A DNA stretch of 64,000 bases, taken from Daphnia carinata. Taxonomy: Eukaryota. Every line of letters begins with the position of its first letter. The first letter of the stretch is position 1. The notes below the pieces were generated by a model. The model ran no database searches. It was not told where the DNA came from and saw only the letters and a program-made list of their open reading frames with translations. The stretch spans positions 5,270,001-5,334,000 of the forward strand of contig NC_081333.1 in the NCBI RefSeq assembly GCF_022539665.2, in the 5' to 3' direction. Shown piece by piece: positions 25,176 to 36,227 of the stretch. A program made the translations under genes and the position numbers.

Positions 25176-25640
25176 TTGGATTTTGCTGACTCGTCGTCCC
25201 TTAGACGTCAGTGTCGTGAACAAACTATCATTGCTCTAAATCCCAGCCGAAACTATACGGCAAAAACACTGTGTGAAAAAATCATGGCAATCACCCCACC
25301 ACGTGATTCCCTAAGGCAACTTTATCCGCCATCCATTCCCACGCTATCACTACCAGCTGTAGCCGTCCCACGTTTTACGCCGTCGGTGCCGTGCTTTGTG
25401 GATCACTTCGAAATCTTGCCACCACACAACATAGACGAGTGCCGAGTCTTCATCGAAAAATTGACGGCCACCGAACGAGCAAAGCTGATCGTCCAACGTT
25501 CATTATGCTTCCGCTGTTGGGAAAAGGGAGCCCTTACGGGGGATGCGAAACATGTAGGAGCCTGCTGCTCTCATCCTCGACACTGTTTCCACGTAATAGC
25601 GCAACTCATCACGAATTGCTTTGCCGAGCTGATTTTGTCA
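25176..25640 (+). pseudogene. Extra post-integrase ORF with a BEL Gag-like zinc-knuckle module
   Basis: CFV..HNIDECRVF..LTATERAKLIVQRSLCFRC, followed after a frameshift by HHELL; parallels the element's own gag knuckles at ~20735-20945. Confidence 0.6.
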
Positions 25641-25906
25641 CTCAACAGAGCGACCAGTAGTGCAACAACATTGTTCTTTCGGTGTGCTTCGTGGTCGACA
25701 TTTCCTTTTTCACGTTGTGAACCAGAAATTCCCCCTTTTTTTGTTCCCTGCTATGTTTTTCCTCAACTGAATATTGTTCGTCGAAGAAACGAACAAGGGC
25801 CCGCTGTCACCAATTTAATCGGTAAGGGCAAAACTATCTAGATGGCTCCCTTATCGGTTAACTAGCTTTTGTTTTTATGTATTTTCTCGGGAGTATGAGT
25901 GGGTCG

Positions 25907-26702
25907 CCCGTACAAAACGTTAAGCTTACCCAAACCTTGAGTTAGCTTAGATTGCGACCGCTCCAAACCCCCCTAAACTAACGATTCCAAGCTTAAATTT
26001 TTTACGATTTAAGCTTGGAAATTCAAGCTAACCTAGCCCGCGCGTCGCTAGCTTAGCTTAGCTTAGCATAGCATAGCGTGGCTAGGTAAGGCAAAGCGAA
26101 AAAGAAAAGTCTATGGCTGGGATCGAACTCGGTTCTCCCGTACAACAACCGGATGTCCTATCCACTGTACCAATCTATTCATGTTCTAAATACCATTCTC
26201 GAACAATACATTGGAAATCTTGAAATATACGTTTTTTTGATAACAGATCACAAACAGAATTTTAAAAACATAATGATAAAGTCGAAATTACGTTAAACTT
26301 TTGTTCCCTCAAAAGTATTTAAGCCAATTACTAAATTTTTTTATTTTCAAACTTAAGTATGATTTCTTATTTTCTTTAAGAAAATGAATTATTTGCGACT
26401 AAAGTCCTATCATAACTAATGCTCGTTTTATAAGCATTTCTTATGCTAAATAATATATATGTTCCTAACTCCCATTTTTCTAGCTTACACTTACTCCAAT
26501 AGCTTAATTTTCGTAAACTAAAGGGCAAGCTGGTGAATTCATAGCTTGCGCAAGTTTAATTTTAAGGCGCTGGCGCCACCCCCAAAACTCAAGCTAACTC
26601 TAAACGTAGCCCTAGCTTGAAATCTACAAGCTAGCGACGGGGAAGGTGGATGAAGCTAGGATTTGGGCATCGCCAAAACTCAAGCTTACCGTTTCGTACG
26701 GG
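25907..26702. mobile_element. Non-autonomous TIR element with CCC...GGG termini and a probable 2-bp TSD (CACTA/EnSpm-like)
   Basis: TIRs CCCGTACAAAACGTTAAGCTT / AAGCTTACCGTTTCGTACGGG. The segment is absent from the 5' LTR. Flanks are CG/CA. Many AAGCT subterminal repeats. Confidence 0.8.
26111..26177 (-). pseudogene. tRNA-derived (His-like) sequence inside the TIR element
   Basis: Minus strand TTGGTACAGTGGATAGGACATCCGGTTGTTGTACGGGAGAACCGAGTTCGATCCCAGCC contains an A box and a B box (GTTCGATCC). The acceptor stem is degenerate. Confidence 0.55.
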
Positions 26703-26912
26703 CAATCCAGTTCAGTTTTTTTGCTATACTCGACACAGATAGTGGTCGGACCCCATCCAAACCTGTCAAAAAACTAAAAAAAAGTGTCCATTTTTGTTGA
26801 ATACAGTTACTTAAACCTTCGTTAGTTTATTACTTTGACAAGACAGGGGAACCATGTGCTTTCAAGACTGTCGGTCTGCAAAGCCATTGCCGATCTTTCG
26901 AGATCCGTAACA

Positions 26913-28558
26913 ATAGAAGTTTGATCGCACAACAAAAATTAAAAAATATATATATTTATTTTTGCATTGAAAATTTTCCCCATTCGGTGAAGGCAACATG
27001 TGTTTCAAATAAAAGATAGATCATAGAATGTCCAAAACAAATAAATATGAAAAAAAAAATTTCCCATTCTAAACAAGTAAATTTTCCTTATAATTGGTGA
27101 CAGAAACATTCAACCTTAATAAAATAGCAAACATGTTAAATCTAAAAAAAAAGGGAGGGAAGTAGCGTCATTTAATCAAACAAATAGATAAGATAAAACT
27201 ACTAACACACCTACCCGTTCCCTTCATACACCCACATTGAAAAAAAGGACGGTTCACCAACAACTACAAAACCAAAGTACTGTATTTCATCAAGAACATC
27301 ATACAGGAAAGGAAAACATCTAAAACCATAAACTATGCTGAACTCATGAATCATCGCTAAGAAAGGAGCGGAGGTAATGAAAAAGCCCGTGCAACACCAG
27401 AAGACCCTCACGTTCCTCTTGGATAACCTCGCGCACCAATCATGAGGAACTGGGAGTAGGATGGTAAATATCCTCACCAGACTCCAGTCACCACAGAATC
27501 CGAGCGAAGCGGATTGGGTATACATCGCGGTAGCGAGCATACCCAAGAAGATTCCTTTACAAGAAACAAGAAGCACCAACAGAAAGAAGAAAATGAAACT
27601 GCAACACTTAATTATAATAATAGTCTTCCACCTACGCGCGTTGGAAACCGAAGTCATGCGACGGAGAGTCTACAAGAGTCAGAGCCGGTCGAAACAGGTT
27701 GTAAAAAAGCTCCCGATCAGCCTCGACTTCAAAATTGAACATCTTGGAAACCAACATCACAAGTAAACTATGTCTAAAAGAAAAAACTTGTTAGTGTTAA
27801 TTAAATTTGTTAGTAAGGCAGGTAAAATGGGTATTTTACCTGCCTTACTAACAAATTTTAAAATACCCAATATATTAGCCGAAATAGGTCAAACTCTTCG
27901 GTTAAAGGTAAAAAGGGCATATAAATAAAAGAAACATTCCAAAAATATCTATCTTTATGTACCACTCACTTTCATAAAATACTCCTCCTTTTATTAACTT
28001 GCAAGCAAATTCATTAAAAGAGGGAGGAATGTGATGAGGCTAAATCCTTAGCCATTGCCGCTAGCTGTCAACCACCGGCACCCCCATCACGCACGCCAAC
28101 TATACATGACAGTTTCAATTCCATACCACCCAAAGGCACCCCAGCATCAACTCACCATCACATGATGCATCTAGAGAAAGTCTACGGCCACGTAGACTAT
28201 CCACGTCCACAATTCACGCAACCGCGTTTCCTATAAAAGACTGTATTCGTCGTTGCCTCAACAAGGAGTTAACACCGTGACTATGTGCAATGTTGTAAGA
28301 TCTTAACGTATGCAGTCAGTACAAGCCAAGTGCAATTTCCAGGTTACCTTCAAGATGCAGCTATCTCTCAATAATATTGGCTACTGATGACGCACCTTCC
28401 CTATGGATCACTTCTGTCAAATCCTTTAGACCCAGCGACTAAACCTTCTTCAAATTGCGTTGCTCAACTGAAAAGTTGGACAAAATGTCGAGGATATCAG
28501 TTACTGTACAACGCTCTAGCTGTGTTTGTAATATCCAGCTTCACCAGAACCGACTTCA
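26913..28558 (+). mobile_element. 3' region, PPT and probable 3' LTR (28030-~28558) of the env-like element split by BEL
   Basis: Block 27340-27540 is homologous to 2490-2700. PPT AAAAGAGGGAGGAA is followed by TGTGATG at 28030. TATAAAA at ~28232. The end at CTTCA is tentative. Confidence 0.65.
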
Positions 28559-28831
28559 TTTAGGAGGTAGGGAAGGCAAGAGAAACGGATAAAACAAACA
28601 GATATTGTTCTTCTCTCGAGATATTTCCAGATTATTTATAATTTGCCCAGCATCTAAAACATTAGTCGAAAGCCCAATTAGAGGCGTTTTCTACCCTATT
28701 TAACCTATATGGTATAAGAAAGATCATTTATTTATTATTTGATATGTATTATTAGATATGGATAATTATGTAGTATATTAGATATGAGAAAAAACATAGA
28801 TATGTTATTTTATTATTTTAGGCGTTGTATA

Positions 28832-28860
28832 CAGTACCCACCAAATTATTAGGCACACCT
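28832..28860 (+). mobile_element. Single Tc1/mariner-like TIR (TA|CAGTACCCACCAAATTATTAGGCAC)
   Basis: TA followed by a CAGT terminus. No partner TIR found. Confidence 0.35.
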
Positions 28861-29259
28861 CCTCCATTTACGTGTATTCTTATGGCGCTACGGTGTCACT
28901 AAAACTCCCATTGCTATTTAATGGATACAGATAGATTTTTTTTTTTACTTTTACTGATCAGATTATGTCGTGATCTACAATTCACTAATACATAGTTTTT
29001 TTGTAGAACTTACCGCTAAGGCTCTACGTCTTCGTTCACGAAATAGGCACACCCGGTTTTTCCCCATAAGCGTAATGCTAAGACTAGGTTTTTTTAAAAT
29101 TTTATATAAAATACTTAGAGTTGAGCTAAAAAAAATCTTTTTTCCCAAGGATATAGCATTCCTTACTTAATATAGATGTAATGTTATTTTTTCAAAAAAA
29201 AAATTTCTCAATACCCCTCCCTATCCCTTGAAGTTAACTCCCTTCTAAGTTTTGAGACG

Positions 29260-29532
29260 GAAAGTGTATTTCACACTTGGTCACCAGAGGCGGTGCAGTG
29301 CAGCTTTTTGCTGTTAATGTTTGAAATTGGGGAAGGGGGGGGGGTTAAAAAACATAATGGCTATCAATCAGAGCAGACAAAGTTTTATTCACTCTTTGTA
29401 CTGTTTATTAAAAATTCTTAGAAATAAAAAAATATCACAAATAATTTGGATAAAAAATATAAATAATTAAAACATTAACGGCAAAAGGCTGCATTGCACC
29501 GCCTCTGGTGACCAAGTGTGAAGTACACTTTC
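29260..29532. repeat. Inverted repeat with ~60-bp arms (MITE-like)
   Basis: GAAAGTGTATTTCACACTTGGTCACCAGAGGCGGTGCA... pairs with ...TGCACCGCCTCTGGTGACCAAGTGTGAAGTACACTTTC. Confidence 0.9.
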
Positions 29533-29573
29533 ATTGCATACAAGTACTATTTTATATATTTTGCTATATGCAG

Positions 29574-31175
29574 GCAAAAGGGAGTTCGCGATGCCGATGT
29601 TCTACTTTCAAAGCAGCCCGTACGACATCATCTCATTACCGTGGTCAAGACGAAACTGGTATCGTTACCTGTTGTTGTCATCACGGCACTATTCTTCGTT
29701 CCGCGAACATGTATCAGGGCGAAACATATCGCCATACGCTTTATCTACACTATTTCGCTTGGTTGCGTGGGACTTTGTTTTTCTGCAACGATGTCGTTTG
29801 CCAGTACTGGCCGGTCGCTGAAAAAGTGTCGAAAATGGCACAGGACGGCTTGCTTAATGAAAAGTACAGTCACTGAAAAGTAAAGTACCTCACAGAAAAC
29901 ATGAAGCCGTGTTTAGGAATAGTCCACGGGAGGACTCACGATTGGGGATGTCGAGTACTCTCTTAATAGATATGTACAACTTATTTGTTTTTCAGCAGAA
30001 ATTTTTTTTTTAAAGGTTAAATATAATGGACACTGGTCAAAGAATGGTGGTGCTACCTTAGGAGAAGAGCAGGAGCAGTGCTTTGCCCTACTTTCGCGCT
30101 ATGCTAATGTCACAAAACATGTGAATAAGCCAAGTATTTTTATTCGTTTATTTTCTCATTTGATTGTACTAACCTTTTTTCTTTCGTCTATTATCAGATC
30201 GTAATGACCACCTTTCACTGGGAATACTGTACTGGAACGAAGAGAAAGAAAGAAAAATGATTACAGCCTTATGTAAAAGATTATGGAATGCTCGAAAAAG
30301 AGCACCGGAATTGTATACGAAACTATCATTGCTATTAAAAGAAAGAAATTTGGGTATCGAAGATCTTCCACAAATTCTGTCGGGATTGCATTTGCTAGCG
30401 GCATTAAGTCATGACAAAAATTTGGCTTCTAATGAATACGACCTCCCGAATTTAAGAAAAGAATTAGAAGGCGAATGTCATCTGGTAAAACTTCTACAGA
30501 AACGAATTTCCAAAGAGAATGGTACATTTATTTGTTTCCTACATACACATACATACATACATACATTTTAATTAAGAAAATCAATATAGATTCCTGCAAA
30601 GCAAGAACTGCTAATCGGAAGGCAATCACCCTGAAAAAATTGCGGATTCAAAAACTAATTACTCTTATTAATGAGGAATCCGAAACACCTATAAATGAAA
30701 GTCATATTGATTCTGGAATTTTCCCCTGGCATAATAGCAAACATGGTAACATAAATTTCTTGTATAACGGAAAGATAAATTTCTACATAGTATTTTTATT
30801 GTTTTTGTAGTGTCCGTCGCGAAAGAATACGAGTTAGTCGATACGTGGATGCTTAAATTAAGATTCGAAGAAGAAATTGGTCAAAGTCAAAAGGAGATGG
30901 CATGTATTATCAACGAGTGAATGAAAAATAGAGAGACTTTAGAAGAGGATATAGCAAATTACGTGATAATGTGTGATCCACTTAGTGAAAGCAAAGCGTC
31001 ATTAGCTAAGGCAGAAATTTTGTGGATCAATTTTGTGCTCGGCGAAGCCTTGTTGAAATTTCACGTAAGTTTTTCATCTGTACTAAACCTTCCCCGTGAT
31101 TTTGTAGAAGAGTCAGATGTTGAAGAATATGAATCAGAAAATTCAAGTGATGGTGAAACAGATAATGATTTTTGA
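29574..31175 (+). mobile_element. Spliced, 5'-truncated KDZ (Kyakuja-Dileera-Zisupton) family transposase
   Basis: DETGIVTCCCHHG, MYQGE.Y, NDVVCQYW, HGRTHDWGC, GGATLGEEQEQCFALLS and RNDHLS...WNERK; acidic C-terminus; short GT-AG introns; in-frame stops. Confidence 0.85.
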
Positions 31176-31399
31176 ATACAACTTACCATTTTCCTTGTTG
31201 GTAACATTGAGTTCGTTAATTAAAAAAAAACAATGAAGTTGGCAGCATTGGCAGATTACCTAAAGACATAGAGATGAAATATTAGCGTTTTTACAAAATA
31301 AAATTCAAAACAATTTGAATTAACTCACATCCATGCTGGTATTCAGCTAACAGATTATTATTATTTTTCAGGGTGGTTGATATATCTACCGTATTTCAT

Positions 31400-32095
31400 A
31401 TGAAAAACTCCAAATAAAAAGGGTTTTTGGATATCACGAGATGCACGAGATGATAAGGATTCCAAAAAATGTTTTTTTGCTTAGCATTAATAAGGAAGAA
31501 CCCCCGAACGAGTGTCCCAAACTTTGAAATTTTAGCTGTCATTTCCCTTCCTCTGAAATGAAGGCTAAAATCTAAATAATTAATTTAGGCTCTATTACAA
31601 GTTAAAATTTTATAACTTCAACAGAAACGGGTACCTCTTGATGAGACCTATCCATTTCTATAAAAATAAAAATTAGATATTAAAGAAGAAAAATATTTTA
31701 CATGAATGCTTTTTTTCAGTTTTTTGGCGAACAGCTTACAGCTTTACAGCTTTACAGTAGCCAATGAAGAAAACGGCATAGAAAGCATTCATGTAAGATT
31801 TTTTTCCTTTTTCATTTTTCATTTTTATTTTTACAGAAATGGATAGGCTTCGTCAAGAGCTATCCATTTCTGTTAAATTGATTGAATTTTAACTTAAAAT
31901 TCAGTCTAAATTAATTATTTATATTTTAGCCTCCATTTCAGAGAAAGGCTAAATGACAGCCAAAGTTCCAAAGTTTGGTACACTCGTTCGGGGGTTATTC
32001 CCTATTTCTGCAAAAACAAAATACACTTATTGGAATCAAAGCGAGCTTGTGCATCTCGTGATACCAAAAAATCTATTTATTTTTGAGTTTTTATT
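31400..32095. repeat. Long fold-back inverted repeat (~320-bp diverged arms, short spacer)
   Basis: ATCACGAGATGCAC, CCCCCGAACGAGTGT, CTGAAATG, CCTATCCATTTCT and TTACATGAATGCTTT all recur in inverted order on the right arm. Confidence 0.9.
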
Positions 32096-32439
32096 ACCAG
32101 AATATTGAAAAAAAAACTTCCACCAATCACCGTCGAAGCAGACCGCATTTTCAAGGATTGGGCGGTAATTCGAATGTTTTTTTTTTTTAAGATTTAACAC
32201 GGATTTACTTAAAAGTTGTACTAGTCGAAATTTTACTAAAATAGGCAAAAATCTTTGATTGTGCAGCCACACACTGCTTTCCATTTATTATATTAATTTC
32301 TAGTATAAATGTACGAATTGCATTCGGATTAAATAATATATTACAAGTTTTCGGTCACACGAGATATAAATTAAACACGGCAGTTCTTGGTGGAGGGGAT
32401 TTCAATCGATTGAATTCCGAATAGGAAATATTGCACAGT

Positions 32440-34640
32440 TAAAACTATTTTAAACAACAACTGCGATTTTTGTTCACTTGCACGGCGCCAGGCACGAAGC
32501 AGTTTTGAAAACTTCAAGTGCTGGCTTGCTTCGCCAATTTTAAGGCCTTTAAAAAGAAATGAAAACATTTAATAGAAATTTTACAAAAGCCCTAAGTTGA
32601 TATTATATTTACCTTCCCTTCGTGTTCCACCACGATTTCGTTGTCTGTGATACTTAGAGGAACTAAGACTCACGAGCTGAAAATAATTCAGATTAAACTT
32701 TTAACAATTCACTTCGCACATTGACAATAAATGTAGAAAACTTACTTTTCCATTTAAAGTTAGGGACACATTGGGTTTCGTCCGTAACGATACGGCAGGG
32801 CCAGGACTACTCTGAAAAGTTTTCAAACATTTAAAACTGAAAATTAAATCTTAATGAGTAAAAAAAAATAATATAATTGCAATTACATTGGCGACGTTTT
32901 CATTTTCTTTGCTGTTGTGTTCACCTTCTGAAGACTTTTGTTTGCCAAAGGTGTAGGAGAGTCCGAAACTGCTGTAGAGCTCTGGAAACAAAAAGGAACA
33001 TGAGAACTGATAAAAAGAACAATACGCATGCAAAATATACTTACGCTGGCCGGGCTGACATGGGCAATTGATTATTGCAACTGTTGCCCTCTAATGTCTA
33101 TTTCAAGTGCTGCCATCTTGTGTTTGACCTTATTACCTTATCTGTTTTCTGTATTACTGTCTTTCCACCCCTAGAGGTCAGGTCGAACCCTAGTCGACCT
33201 CTGGCCTCTGTTTTATTCAAACGGGGAGTCGGGATTTGGCCCGATGTCCGATAGGGCGTTAAGAGGGGGCTCTGCTGTTGCTGGCCGCCCTCGCGTAAGT
33301 CCTTAAGAAGGAGCCTTGCATGACTGCTGGCTTCCCTTCGCGATTGTGTTGTAAATAGTATATATTGTGTGTATTTTGTATGTCCTGTGTTGTAATGTCT
33401 GTGTAATTGTGTGCATAAATGAAGCAAACTGTAACATGATGGACAGAAAATTTTATTTGCCATTCCTTTTCTTGTATATGATTGACTAATAGGTGTTGGA
33501 GAGACGGGAACTGCTGTACAGCTCTGAAAACAAAAAGGAACATTAAAATTGATAAAAATAACAATCAGAATGTAAAATATACTTACGCTAGCCGGGCTGT
33601 CATGGGCAATTGGTGGACTGGAACTTTTATTAGTCATTCCTTTTCTTGCACTTGGTTGGCTAGTTGTTGGAGAAACGGAAACTGTTGTAAAATTCTGGAT
33701 ACAAAAAGGAAGATTAACATTGATAAAAATTACAATCAGCATGCCAAATATACTTACGCTGGCCGGGCTGTCATGGGCAATTAATGGATTCGAAAATTGC
33801 TTTCCAGGCATTGTTACATTGATGTCACTTGAAGCGTCTTTGGCCTCCCGAATGTATTTTTTCTTTCCAGTAGTTGGTCCAGCAGTAGGTACTGGTTGTT
33901 CAGAGTTCAAATCAGGTTCTTATAGAGATTTATTAATATAATTTTTAACAGCAGATGTCTAAATGCAGTAAGTGTACTTACGATGCAAGATTTTGGAGAA
34001 TGGTTTTTTAAAACCTGCTTGGCAAAAGTGTCAAGCTTTTTGTATACCTCAGCCTGGATATCTGATAAAATTTCTTCAAGTTGTATCACAGTTGGATCTC
34101 GTACCCCTTTTTGGTTGATTTCATCAATGTATTTGGTCCACGATATAGCAACAAGGTGGCCCAACTTGGAATTCAAGAAAGTTGTTGCAATTGATCCATA
34201 ATTCTTTATGTGATTGGAATATACAACTTCATTCTTGAATGATTGAAGAACCAGCATATGGGCATTGTTTTCGTTGGTCAATTGAATCATCTACACAACG
34301 AAACAAATGGCATTGATTAATTATCAAAGATAATCTTGGCACATAATAGAAATTGCATACCTTGGTGTTTAGCACTGCATTTCGACTTCTTTGGTTGTTA
34401 AAGTTTGATGATGTTTTCTTATTTGCAGGCTTTGAATATTTTTCCTGCGAGAAAAAGAGTGGCAAAGCCTGATGTAAAATGTTAGATGTAATAAGATATC
34501 TATTACTATTACCTTCAGTTCAGGAAATGACATTGTAGGACCTCTTCTTTTCCGGTCGGTGCACTTTTTACCACTATTTGTAGCGATTTTCTTCGTAGTG
34601 AATGGCTGACACTGATTTTTACACTAATATTATTATTTTT
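32440..34640 (-). pseudogene. Multi-exon gene of unknown function, convergent with the KDZ transposase, with tandemly duplicated S/T/P-rich exons
   Basis: Exon-like ORF 33985-34290. Three copies of ..IAH(D/V)SPAS|gtaagtat at ~33045, ~33585 and ~33757. Interrupted by a solo LTR. Confidence 0.5.
33073..33436. mobile_element. Solo LTR (364 bp) with a 4-bp TSD TGAT
   Basis: TGAT|TATTGCA...TGTAACA|TGAT. Removing it restores the exon repeat seen at 33600-33640. Confidence 0.8.
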
Positions 34641-36227
34641 GAATTGACGCGAGACGGGGAGCTCTGGGTTCGCAGGGGGGAAATATAAATAGAAAAATGG
34701 CAACGCATTGGACCGTATTTACCAAAATGTTTTCACTTTTGGCCGTCAGGATCTCTAGTTGGCGTTGGACCGTTTGACCGAAGCGTTTTGCCGAGGTCTG
34801 TGAAACTGTCCAACACGTTAGACGATTCTAAGTTGCCTGATCTATCAAACATATAAAGTTAAACTTGTTCGTCTGAGTCGTAAAATTCGAAAACAATCAG
34901 GAAACGAGAGAACATACAACTAACAGATACGCCGAACACAGGCGGCAAACGCCTATTCAAGGGGATGCCGAAAGTTAGCAACGGGATCCGGCAACGTATC
35001 GGTTTCGTCGACGGGGTAGTCTTCCTGATCTAGTAGTGACTGGAAACGCCCTAACTGGAACGTCCTCTTCGACTTTTTTGTCTTCGGCCACCAAGCCCGT
35101 TCCCAGGTCGTTTTCGGATTCGATTCTGTTGACGTCTGTGGCGTCCTCCGCGGATATCGGCTGTTCACTGCAGTCGTGGTCGGTTTTTTCGTCCGGTAGC
35201 CATTTTTATAACAAGTTGTTGACACTCGCTTGCAGATTTGATAGGGTTCGATGAATTGGGCCAAAAACTTCTTTGTCCTTCCATTACACCGGGGTTTGCG
35301 TTCGACGAGCCCTAAGTCACCCAATTCGAAAAGTGGGCTAGGCTTTCGTTGGCTGTCGTAGGTGTGTCTGCTCTTCCGTTGCCTCTTAAAGATTAGGTGG
35401 TACGCACAATTTCTCCATTTTCTAACCTCATTCGATGCTCTTCGTGCGTTTCGGCATCGTTGGGTGGCCCCAAAAGCTGGCTTCGTGGGGGAGAAGCACT
35501 GACCTGTCGTACACCAATTCGTAGGGTTGACAAAACTCACGCGTACTCACATACGTCTCCACGCTTTTCCTTTTCTTCGACTTGACGTTCCATTTACTTC
35601 GATTGGGGCTACCTCTGCACCAACCTCCTCTTCCACTAGGGCCCCCATCACCAAAAATTCGTCGGCCGCCTCTCTGTATCCACTATTGATCACCATAGCG
35701 ATTGGCTTTGATCCGTTTTCCATATGATCAGCCTCTTGGTGCTTGAAAAGTTCCTTCCGACTTAGGTGCCACCGACATGACCACTTCTTGCCTAGTCTCT
35801 TCACTCGCTGCGTCAACAGTGACAGAATTTCCCTTTACCTTCCCATCGCTAGTAACCTCTACTATAGCCACGCCACCTTTAACATGAATGACAGCTCCAG
35901 CTTTCTCCATCCAATCCCTCCCCAAAACCATCGGAAAAATTGCGTTTTCTATCACCAACACCTGCCCCAACTCAGTCACTGCATTGTCAAAAAGCACCAT
36001 AAGATTAGTTTCTCCCGCCAGTGGAAGGATCTGATAATCCGGCGTTCGCCAAGTCTTTGAAGGCTCTTTAACCTGGAAGCTCGATCGTCCGCGAATAAGA
36101 TCGGCGCGAATGGCGCTGTTCTTTGCTCCCGAATCAACTATGGCTTTCAGCGACCCTACACGGAAAACATCAACTTCGATAACGGGACTTCCACTCGGCG
36201 GTTTGTTTACGGGGGCTTGAACGAAAC

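Larger units (their letters stand above)
18246..26912 (+). mobile_element. Near full-length, degraded BEL/Pao LTR retrotransposon
   Basis: Paired LTRs (18246-18556; 25805-26912 with an insertion) and a PBS. Domain order is gag/DUF1759, zinc knuckles, protease FLDSGS, RT (YVDN), RNase H, then integrase (GVDYFGP, SDNGTNF, WERLV). Many stops and frameshifts. Confidence 0.95.
25805..26912 (+). repeat. BEL 3' LTR interrupted by a DNA-transposon insertion
   Basis: TGTCACC at 25805 to GTAACA at 26912. About 7 mismatches to the 5' LTR in the first ~100 bp. Confidence 0.93.

Noticed and set aside
26111..26177. Functional tRNA gene
   Set aside because: The acceptor and anticodon stems are imperfect; it is kept only as tRNA-derived sequence.
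33098..33910. 270-aa ORF as a real protein
   Set aside because: It reads through introns and a solo LTR, so it is an artefact of open intron frames.
34745..34950. 3' LTR of the Gypsy element at 34953-39420
   Set aside because: No similarity to the 5' LTR at 39166-39420.
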